From positions 21,204,001 to 21,268,000 of the forward strand of contig CM119385.1 in NCBI GenBank assembly GCA_051294905.1: a stretch of 64,000 nt of DNA, read 5' to 3'. This DNA comes from Botryllus schlosseri. Lineage: Eukaryota. Below are positions 20,943 through 31,700 of the stretch, one piece after another; the first letter of the stretch is position 1, and the number at the start of each line of letters is the position of its first letter. Under the pieces are notes generated by a model that had not been told where the DNA came from, did no database searches, and saw only the letters and a list, made by a program, of their open reading frames with translations. The position numbers and the translations under genes were made by a program.

Positions 20943-20976
20943 ACCCCTGACGAGTGTCAGCCGAAAATATTCGGGT
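20943..20976 (+). ncRNA. Minimal type I hammerhead ribozyme motif in the Penelope terminal repeat
   Basis: ACCC-CTGACGA-G-tgtcagc-C-GAA-AATATT-C-GGGT: core CUGANGA and GAAA, 1 bp stem II, palindromic stem III, UUC cleavage triplet, 4 bp stem I. Intact copies also at 17847-17880 (-), 38863-38896 (-) and 39144-39177 (+); a U17 variant at 33599-33632 (+). Confidence 0.75.
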
Positions 20977-21129
20977 TCATTTTAATATGAATATACTATT
21001 CAATTGTATATTGAATTTCTGTACCTCAAAGAAGCTGTTCAAATATCAAGAGTCGTGTCCGGCCAGGTGTCACAAATATTGGCGACACTCAATTCCACAC
21101 GCTTTGGCCGCGGTAGCGGTAGGAGGAAT

Positions 21130-21470
21130 GCATTGGTTTATTAGCAATTTTATCAGTTCAATACACCACAAAATGGTGGAATGATGGAACAATGATATAG
21201 TCTATCTGCATTGCAGCGAATTCGTAACAAGCTGAAGTCGACTCTTCCATTCCTAACCCGGCTGTTTGCTTGCTAGCCTGGTATTGGCTGCGTCATGTCC
21301 GCTCAATGCACACAATGTACCATGCGATGTTAAATGGACAGATAGGAGGCTGTCGAAGCGACCATCAGTTACGGTCTCTTAATCTGGCATCCAGGTCGGC
21401 CTGTACCCAGCGTTCGACGTTAATCTTCATTCGGCAGTCTTTGTTTTTCTTCGGACACGCTCTATATTCG
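21130..21470 (-). mobile_element. LINE (CR1/L2-like) 3' end fragment
   Basis: Shares cattggtttattagcaattttatcagttcaatacaccacaaaa with 52430 (and, less the first bases, with 21700); reads AATAAA on the minus strand. Confidence 0.55.
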
Positions 21471-22579
21471 CTTCTTTGAGTACGTCCCTCATCTGGTCTT
21501 TTTCGCGATGGTAGCGGGTTTCACGGTCCCTAAAATCTAACATCGCATTCCAAGAAAATTCATCCTACAGTCAGATGTGACATAACAAATTCCGATGTGT
21601 TGATTTCAAATTTATTCTGTGGTGTTAATTCGTACGTTAGTGCGCTTGGTGATCATAAGGTGAAGAGTTCTCCACAGAGGGGATGCTTCATCGTTCGGTT
21701 CGGTTTATTAGCAATTTTTATCAGTTCAATACACCACAAAAATTGCGATCGTCTTTATATATTGTCACAACCAAATCCTCCTGTCGTCGTCACCTACACA
21801 TTTGAATCATTGAATGCATCCAAGTCCAACATCTGTATCGAGCGAACTGAAAGGTATTTTTTTCTGCCAATATACAATTCTGCAGTTGGTCTAGGAATAT
21901 AACACGTAAGACTCCTTTGGGAATGTTTGAAACGGCCCCAACCGTGATTGAACGCCATGTCTTATCTCGGTATATTACCGCTAATCTTGTGAAAGACGTC
22001 GACGCATTAGTCATCATAGTGATTGTTTGGTGTGCCGTGTGCGCATGCCGCAATTACTGAAACACGAACAGTGGTACGTGTCACTGCTTTAGAGCCCCTA
22101 GTAATGATGTCGCGTGCTGCTTGTTCTGGTTCGTAGTATTGGTATTTTCATCAGTTCATAACACCACAAGATTACGATAAAATGAAAAGATCAGACGTGC
22201 ACTGGTTGCATTATAGGAGCGCGATATTCCGACCAACTAGGAATTTCTCATCACAATCTTTGAGATTCGTATATATCAGGTCATTGATTGATCAATAGTA
22301 CTCAGTATACAGCAAGTGAAGTTTAAACTTTCGGAGTTCCATTTCCCCGAAGTTTCTTCCGCGGTCGAAATGATGAATAGTGCTAGGAAATGCGAGGGCG
22401 CGAATTGCCACATTATGGTATTACACTAGACTAGCTCAATTCATGTCATATATCGTGGTAGGGATAATAGTAAGCATAAAATACGTGGTAAAGAAACGAC
22501 GAAAATTGCCGTTTGAGGAAACTTTCAAGCCCGCGGGGCTAATTTGTAAGAATCCATCGACAGACTTCCTACCTTTACT

Positions 22580-22642
22580 CCAATGGCTGCTTTACACGGT
22601 TAGATTTGACGTCTTGAGCGCATGCGCAGCCGGCCGCCACGT
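22580..22642 (+). promoter_or_regulatory. Candidate ER-stress / housekeeping promoter motifs upstream of PDI
   Basis: CCAAT-N9-ACACG at 22580-22598 (one mismatch to the ERSE CCAAT-N9-CCACG), TGACGTC at about 22607, GCGCATGCGC (NRF1-like) at about 22618 and CCACGT at about 22637, all within 200 bp of the ATG. Confidence 0.4.
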
Positions 22643-22771
22643 ACGAGACACGAGCACAAAACTGACGAGGATTAGCGTTACGTTCTCTTACGTTGTATTG
22701 GTGCGCTGTAGTGGAGTTGTTAGGTTCAGTATCCTTTTCATTAAGAGATTAGTAGGTTTAAATTCAAGAAA

Positions 22772-25700
22772 ATGTTTGGTTACGTTCCTGCGATCCTGAC
22801 CCTTATGGTCGTTCTTACTAGGGCTGATGAAGAAATTCAGTATGAAGACGATGTTATGGTTTTGACCGATAGCAACTTCGACTCAGCTGTTGAAAATAAC
22901 AAGTACCTGCTCGTTGAATTTTGTAAGTGTTAATTTTTTCTATAAAATTGTAGTTTTCAGCGTTCTGCCTTGCTATCTCGAGAACTGTCATACATTGTCA
23001 TCAGACAGGAACGGTCATTGCTTTTGTTAGAGATGATCTTTCGTATATAATTAGTAATTTTACGGCGCTGCTTTTGCGAGTCCTGTGACGACTATAGTTG
23101 TCAACCACTAGTGTGGATAACTTTCAAGGTTTGAAGCGGAAAAACTGGAGTATTATTCCATATGTAATGTGCTAATGGAACTTGTATAGAATATAATTAT
23201 CCACAATAGTAGAGGCCGTGTCCATCAGTTGCAATGTAAATGTGTCATCCTTCGGTCGGATTTATGTTGGTCTGGATGTGATAATCACCCTTGCCTTAAT
23301 AACGCAGGGCTATTTTAATTTTTTATGATTGCTAGACGAATCTTAAGAGTTAGAAGCGTCTTTCAACCAAGCCTCGATTAATTTTTTACAATTTATTTAC
23401 AATGACTGTATTTGCATACTACATTTTTAAGACAAAATACATAGTGATTGATGTAACTGAAATTATACCAATTCTCTACGCACGACGTAGGTTTCATGAA
23501 GCTCAATGCATAGGCTACATTATTAGTCGAGGATGTATCCCAGCTCTTGAATCTTTGAAATTGACACCGTACTAATGATTTTTCAAACCCACGCATGTAC
23601 ATTGTACAGCTATAAACGCGTTGGCATGTGCAATGTTGCAATAACTTTTAGGTTAAGCCTTCGTACTGCTCGTTTGTTCTGCAACCTAATGCTGGAACTG
23701 TTATAGAGAAACCAGAATGTTAGGCACACCGAATTGTGTCATTTTGCAATGCCAAGAGTGGGCACACTTAATGATTAAGCCATATTGCCCTAACAAATCG
23801 TACACTTGCCCAGCTTTTTGATCGCTAATCTAATGATGATACCTGCAAAAAGTTTAGCAGATTTTGTGTTAATTAGGCATTAAACAATTGCTGGTATTCA
23901 GATATATAGAACTTCAATATACAATTGGCTAATAACTATTAGTTGCTGACGATTACCACTGAATGCCGAAAATATCGCGGTTCATTTTATTATGGATATC
24001 TTGATGTACATTGCTGTAGGGTTGTCCTGATAACTTTACACGATGGCACTGTGACTGAAAGTTTAGATTTATGTGCGAAAGTTACACCACTTATCTACGA
24101 TTAGAGACACTTAGGAGTACAGAACATCATAACACATTTGAATAAAATATTCATATTTATTCCCGAAGCTGGTCGGCTGACCCTTGTCAGGGGATATCGT
24201 CAGCAGTATTGCGAGAATTCGAATAACTATGTTCAACAACAATATATATCGCTAATTATGACGTCACACAGAAATATACGATTGTATTCATACCGTATCA
24301 TGTAATTGAACATCATCTCTGGGGCGTGCGAATGCGGCAAATTTTTTCAAGATATTTTGCACTTGTCAGTTACAAGTTGACACACGTGACATTCTCCAAT
24401 AGTTTTGGAAATGAAGTGATCATAATTTCTTATATTCGTTGAATTGTCATGGTCTATTACTGTTTTCTAGGTACCTTATGTTCAATTACCGGTAACCTAC
24501 TATAGTATAGGGGTTTGTCACATGGTTCTTATGCTGATTTCATTCGTAGGTGTTATGATATAAGCTTATCGCAAAGCTATTTTCTACTTCCATTGAGATA
24601 AATTGTAAAATGTAGAAGTAGGCCTAGAAGAAGAATTATTCCAAAAACATAGGCCTGTCCAATTTGGCATTGGCAACATTGACAAAATAGATGTACCGTC
24701 GTGACCCTTGTTTATGATATAGCCTATAGGCTACTTTCAGAACCGTTGTTATAACAAAGTATAGGGTGGCTGTAAATTCAGTTCCTGATTAGTCTCAGAA
24801 TTGATTTGAATCGTTAGTTCTATTGATGATTAGATGCCCCATGGTGCGGACACTGCAAAGCCTTGGCACCCGAGTATGCAAAGGCCGCAGGACAGCTTAA
24901 AGAAGATGGGTCGGAATCAAAGCTAGGCAAAGTTGACGCTACAGTGCAACAAAAACTGGCATCGAAATATAAAGTACAAGGATATCCAACCCTTAAATTT
25001 TTCAAGAACGGAGTCCCTCTTGAATACCAAGGTATGTGTTATCTTCTGAATAAACTAACATGATCCTTTCCACTATAGATTCGGATTGGTGTGAGCATTG
25101 TCCCGAACTGACAAAGGTACTTGTTGGCTTGGCTAAGCAATTCAAGAATGAAAATCATAATGTGACGATTGCCAAAATGAATGGCGGTATTCATAATGAA
25201 ACCGTGGAGAGAGTGAAGCTAGCCGGGTATCCCACTCTCCTGCTATTCCGAAAAGACAGAGTGTGGGAATTTATGGGCAAGAAATGTGTTCATACACTGT
25301 AGCGCAGTGCATGTTGGGAATTTCGAGTGTGAGAGGTCAAAGGATTACCTGGTGTTGATAGTTTGCAGTAGTGTACCCATGGTGTAAAATTGAATAGATT
25401 CTGTCTGATGTATTATGATCAGTTTATATTTTTCTATCGCTGATATTCTGGTTGCCGCATGCTGTGTGAGCTAGCATTGCCAACACCTATCAAACTAAGT
25501 GAGGGTTGTTGTGTTAAAAGTTATTCGTTTCGTACATCCAAACTTGTGCAGACTACTGGATTTTCAGAATGTGAAAGTAGGACTAGAACTACTGACTTTT
25601 CAAAACTCGCAACTAAAACTAGAACCAGCGACCTTTGAAAATCTGCAACTAAATAACTAAAACACTTTTAACGAGATTCAATTCTAAACCAACTTGAAAA

Positions 25701-28700
25701 TTATTATTCATTCGGAATCTGTGTGACTTTGTTGCAAATTAGCTAGGAAATATTGGCGATAGGGTGTGTAGTTAAAAATGGGAGCGCTTTTGACCCACAA
25801 AAGCCACCCCCTCACTACGCCACTGTTGGTAGTGATGATTCTCAGCTAGCAATGGCTGCAACTGACATTTTATGAATATGTTATTAGAACTAAAACTACC
25901 CCGTTTTAAATACCAAAACTAAAACTACTCAAAAATCCACTAGTTAGTTGACCGTCAACTAAATATATGGTAACGTGGTAGTTTGTACGAGTCTGAACAC
26001 GTACCTTATGGTTGGGTTGGTGTTTTAGGTGAAATATCATCAAGTTCTGTCAGAAAACATCCCCTAATTTAGGCTTGAAGTCTCGTACGATATCAAGTGT
26101 TTTGAGAGGCTCTCGTAGCTACTTTTGGTGTTCGCTTGTGTGCCGGGTTGAGGGTCTTCGTTATATGGTGGAATGTTTGCAATATGTTTGTATACAGGAG
26201 GAAGAACTGCAAGCGAAATTGTCAACTGGCTTGCCAAGAAAACTGGACCTCCTTCGAAGGAAATCGCGACCAAAGAGGATGCGGACAAATACATCGCTTC
26301 CGCTGATGTTGTTGTCCTTGCCTACTTTGTGAGTATGCTCTAAGCATCTCTGCTCAAACTGCTGGATTTTCAAAATGTGCAACCTTTTCAAAACTCGCGG
26401 CTAGAACTAGGACTAACTTCCTTTGAAGATACACAATCGACTAACTAAAAGCAGAACTAACTGTTATTCGATTACAATGCAACTCGTTCGGGTGGGATGT
26501 TGGAGATGGAATCAAGGCTTCGAGTTTTGAATCGAACTACCCTGAACCCCACCCATGGCTACGTCAATGTCTGCAAGAACATCACACAATAGAACACCTT
26601 TATCAATATTCTCTAATGTTCTCTAGTTGGTTAGAAACTAAATTTTTTTGAATGTGCAAATGGAACTCGAACTACTCACTTTTCAAAATCCACAATCAGA
26701 ACTAGACGTAGCCTACTCAAAAACCAGTAGTTAGGTGACCGTCAATTGCCAAGATTGGTCGTTTGTGCAAGTCTGCAAATATTGTTGTTTGCGTCTGATT
26801 TCATGTCTAACACTGCTTTCCAGAGTGGTGAATCTGAGGAACAGAAAATGTATTTGGAAGTTGCGGATTCCGTAGACGACGTGTCGTTTGCGCATATCAC
26901 AGATGCTGGCGTAGCCGGAGAAGTCGGCATTAAGGATAACCAAATAGTTGTTTTCAAGAAGGTAAGTTTTACGCATACTTCCGTCCAGAGGTGTTCATTA
27001 ACGTAGTACTCCAGTACGTTTTGCAAACTTTGACCGCTGAATAATGAAGTATGGACTGTTAAGTTGACGCGACAACATTATAGCGATCGTTTGATTAACA
27101 TAAATCTGCTTAATAAATGAGTTGGCCTCGTGAATAGGTTTTAAAGATAACATGGCTATAGACCTGGAGTACTAAATTTTTAATTGCTTTGAATCGCTAC
27201 TTCTGCAGTTCTGCTTGAGTGTAAATTTTCGGCATTATTTCTACTTCTACTCGATTACCAATGGTAACTACTTCAACCACCCCATGTTCCAGTCTGGTCC
27301 ATCTTATTTTACCCAATTAACTTCTTTTAATTAACTTGCTTGTATCACTCTGTGCCGATCTAAGGAGGAGGCCGGTAATTGTACTTTTGCCGGAAATGGC
27401 ACTGACCACGGTCAATTGGAGTCGTGGGTCCTAGACCGGACTTGGTTGTTCATGCAAGAGCTTTGCGAAGAGGTATTTTATGGTCTGGATTGGGTAATAG
27501 CGGGGCGTGGGGTTTGTAGGTGTGTGCGGTCTACGGTTTATCCAGTGCTCGAAATATAGCGGTACTGTTGGGTTTTAGCGGTAATGGTATCGCATGCTTT
27601 TTTTGAAGTTTGACGAAGAACGTGTAGATTTCGAAGGCGAAGCGAGCGCCGATGCGATCCGCGATTTCGTGAAAGGAAACCAGCTTCCGTTGGTTAGCGA
27701 ATTCACGCAAGAGGTGAGTGTGACGTCACATTTAAAACGAAACGAACGGAATTTCTATCTCACGAGTACAAGGCATCGGATCAAGCGACGTTTCCCAGAT
27801 AGGGTATATTGTGGATGGAGTGTGGCGTGCGGTTTTAGAAGCTTAGCTTTTTAGGAGTGGGTGCTGCATAAATTCATAAATGTCGGTGTGTAACTTATCC
27901 ACGTTGCTAGATAGTGCTTTAGGGTAGAGAGCTTCAATATACAATTAAAAATAAATACAGGCGGGGGGGCATAAAAAACGTTTAGTCAACTACATTTCAT
28001 TAACTGTTTGGTGCAAAGTTCAATGTGAAAAGAATCTTGAGAGGTACAGAAATTTATATACATTTTATACAATTGAATATGTTCATTAAAATATATTCGT
28101 ATATCTGGTAATCGTCAGGAATCGGTAGAGGATTGAAAAGAACATTGTATGTCATTAATATCACCAATCGTATGAATCATATTTGGTGAGATGATTGTTG
28201 TTATACAATGTTCTTTTCAATTCTCTCCTGATTACCCCTACCGAGTGTCGGCCGATGATATTATGGTTTATTTCAATTTGAATCTATAACTCTTGTACAT
28301 ACCTAATCGGATTAATCGAAATTCCTCTCCAACTTAGTTTAAAGCCCGTGGATTGGTCGCGCATCGAGAAATATGGTGTTGGGTGTATCGCTTTGTTTGC
28401 CGGTGATTGATGTGTTGTTTCGTTCGCAGTCTGCTGCCAAGATCTTCGGCGGAACCATCACGACGCACAACTTGCTGTTCATCAAGAAATCCGACAGCGC
28501 ATTCCAGCAGACGTACGACGATTTCAAGAAGGCCGCCGCCGAATTCAAGGGCAAGGTATTATATATAGTCAACTGGATGCTTCTGATTAGGGCCCGGCAG
28601 TTTTTGAGTCGATAACGATAATGCATGAAATAATTTGCACCTTCGCCAATAACCTTCAGCCGCAATTCGAATTCTATGACATCTAGCTTAAGACTAATTT

Positions 28701-31700
28701 TCAATACTATGTGGAGAGTGGAGCGTTCATTTGAACAGCTTTAGAACCATTACTGTGGTTGGACGTAAACGAGATCATTTCTTGTCCATGTACATTAGGG
28801 GTGTTCAAAAATGACTTTTTTTCTCAAATTGTACTGGCTACTTGATGAAATTGTTAGGTTACCAAATTTAAGCCTACACCCCCAATTTGGTTCAATTCCA
28901 GCGAGTAGCCGCATTGCTACAGGAGAAGAAAGTTTCTATTTATTATTTAAAAATAAATAAACAAAAATTTCAGTTCACCCCATGAAAGTGTTAGGTTGTC
29001 TATAGAAACGATGGTTGGAATTGAACATTCCAACCAGTGGAAGCGGAGTTATTGCCGTCGAAAAATTTGGATTATCAATAAAATAGTATTTACGGTGACC
29101 AATTCTTTAATTATTTGTTAGTTGTGCCCACCGTAAATACTATTTTATTCACATCCAAATTTTTCGACGGCAATAACTCCGCTCTCACTGGTTGGAATTG
29201 AGCCAAATTTGGTGAACATCGTTTCTATAGACAATTTAACCCTTTCATGGGGTGAACAGAAAATTTTGAAATTTTTGTCCATTCATTTTTATGTAATAAA
29301 TAAAAACTTTCTTCTCCTGTAGCAAGGCGGCTACTGGCTGGAATTGAACCAAATTTGGTGTGTAGGCTTAAATTAGGTTACCCAACAATTTTATCAAGTA
29401 GCCAGTAAAATTTGAGAAAAAAAGTCATTTTTCAACGCCCCTAATGCACATTTCCTAATTGTGAGCTACTCAATCGCAGGTCCTGTTCATTTACATCGAC
29501 GGCGACAACGCCGAGAACGAGCGGGTCATGGAATTCTTCGGGCTGACGGCCGCCGACTGCCCGGACTACAGGATCATAAAGATGGACGAGGACATGGCCA
29601 AGTACAAGCCGGAGACCAAGGCGCTAGACGCCGAGTCTGTGATCGACTTCACCGGGAAGGTTCTCGACGGGAAAGCGTCGGTGAGTGTTGGCTGTATGGC
29701 GACGGTTTTGATTTAAATTGAATTAGGATCAGAATGATAGCTACACTTTTTTTCTGAATTAGATTTAAATTAGAATTATGGCTACAGTTTTTTTTTCAAA
29801 TATAGAATTATAGCTGCGGTTTTCTTTTCAAAGTTAGATAACAATAAGAATTGTCACTAGTTTTTTTCGAAATCAGATTATAATTAGATTTATAGCTGCT
29901 GTTTTCCCGAAGTGGGTTAGCATTACTGAATTCGCAAAATCTTGGAAATTGAATTCAACTCCGAATTAGGAAGAGATACGACAAAATAATGTTGAATTTG
30001 TATCAAATCAGAGTTCGTTGTCCTAAACATGTACATCGAGCTTGGCTCGTTTCGTACTTTACAGTTCTGGAAAACCACAAATTAGATTGGACAGAACATA
30101 AAAATATCTCGCAAATTAGGATTAGAGATTGATTACCGACATTTTGCTCTGCGAAGGGTTATTGAGATTTTTTTTCAACTTTCCAGCGTCACTTGAACTC
30201 GGAAGACATTCCTGAGGATTGGAATAAGAACCCGGTTTGTGTGCTTGTCGGAAAGAACTTCAAAGAAGTCGCTTTTGATGCCAAGAAGAAAGTCTTTGTT
30301 GAATTTTGTAAGTAGAGTCAACCGGTTTTGTCCCGTTTCGTCGGTTGCCAGTGAACTCGGCCCATAATCCTAAACCCGGCGCTTCTTAACCTGTACTAAC
30401 CTAACCCGAATTTACAGAACAAAACCATTAAAACATGATTTTCACACAAAACGAAATGATGATGAATATTCACTGCAAATCAGTACGACTTGTGCTGTAT
30501 GAGTCAGATATGTATCTTGATCGCCAGCAAACCCAGTTGAGAACCACCGTCCTAACTCTAGCCCAAATACATGAATACAGCAGGGTTGTAATGACTCGAG
30601 TCACGATTTTCTGATGACTCTACTTGACTCGAGTCATTTTTTCAAAATACGGAAATGATTCAATCTGTGTATTGACTCGACTTGGACTCGAGTCATTGCG
30701 CATGACTCTATCCAAGTCATGCGACTCGAGACTCAGACGGCCAAGACCGACATTTCATTGTGATTTTGAAGGATAGTAAAGTAACCTCACTATTGGGATT
30801 TAGCCTATTGGCACTGGTACTTGAAAATGCGACCAGAAACTGCTAAAAGTGAGGAAAATGAGTATATTATAAATGCGAACCATTCGATACCACCAGAGTT
30901 ATGAAAATTGGGTTTTAACGAGACTTTTACTGGACACTGAGCAGTCGATACAATGACTTAGACTCGGACTCGAGTCAAAATACCATGTCTTGAACTCGAC
31001 CCTCTGCTCGGTGACTTGGACTCGGACTTGACTTGAGTCAAAACTATAAAAGTGAGATTGACTTGCGACTCGCAGCCGTGGCCCTTGGTTACCACCCTGT
31101 AATATGTTAAACATACCAAGTGCCATGTATCCAGTGAAACGTTCATTTGCAAGTCTATCAATACAATATTTATGCATCTCTTTCATAATAATAATAATTG
31201 TTACATTTCAAATGACAAATTCACAAAGTGCCGTCTATCACAATCCGCTCTCATATTCAGTGAAACATTGATTTATTAATACAATATAGATGCACCGTTT
31301 TCATCACAATAATAGTTATTACAATTCTAATGACAAATTCATGATCATATTCAGTGAAACATTCATTTTTATTAATACACATTGATGCATTGTCTTCATA
31401 AGGATAGTAGGCTAATTACATTCATATTGTCAAGTTCACTGGTAACTATTTCGCCGTCTGCGACTAAAACGTATCAATTCCGTGTCACAAAGCTAGGCAC
31501 AATTCTAGTGGTTCTTATTCACTTGAAATCTCACCCGGCTAATCCGCTTTAAATCTGTGGGCTTTATAAGATATGGCTTGGGTTAGTTATTGGTGTCTCC
31601 AGATGCTCCGTGGTGCGAACACAGCACGCGCTTAGCGCCGACATGGGAGGCTCTAGCTGGGAAAATGAAGGATAGGACGGATCTGGTTATCGCCAGAATA

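Larger units (their letters stand above)
17818..21042 (+). mobile_element. Penelope-like retroelement (RT + GIY-YIG), 5'-truncated, with inverted terminal repeat and 12 bp TSD
   Basis: TSD atatcaagagtc at 17806-17817 and 21043-21054; 17818-18060 is the reverse complement of about 20763-21005. RT motifs SFDISSLFTNVP, YKQIDGISMGSPLGPTLANIF and YVDDTF, LSFLDV; GIY-YIG motif NVVYEFKCHCDCGYVGRTSKRLQERINQH. Confidence 0.95.

Noticed and set aside
22380-22799. 139 aa ORF upstream of PDI
   Set aside because: Lies over the presumed promoter in a different frame from PDI and has no recognisable similarity
28796-29443. Tc1/mariner-type MITE with TA TSD
   Set aside because: The TA belongs to the TAGGG terminus; 8 bp TSDs at three copies (perfect at 42419) indicate hAT
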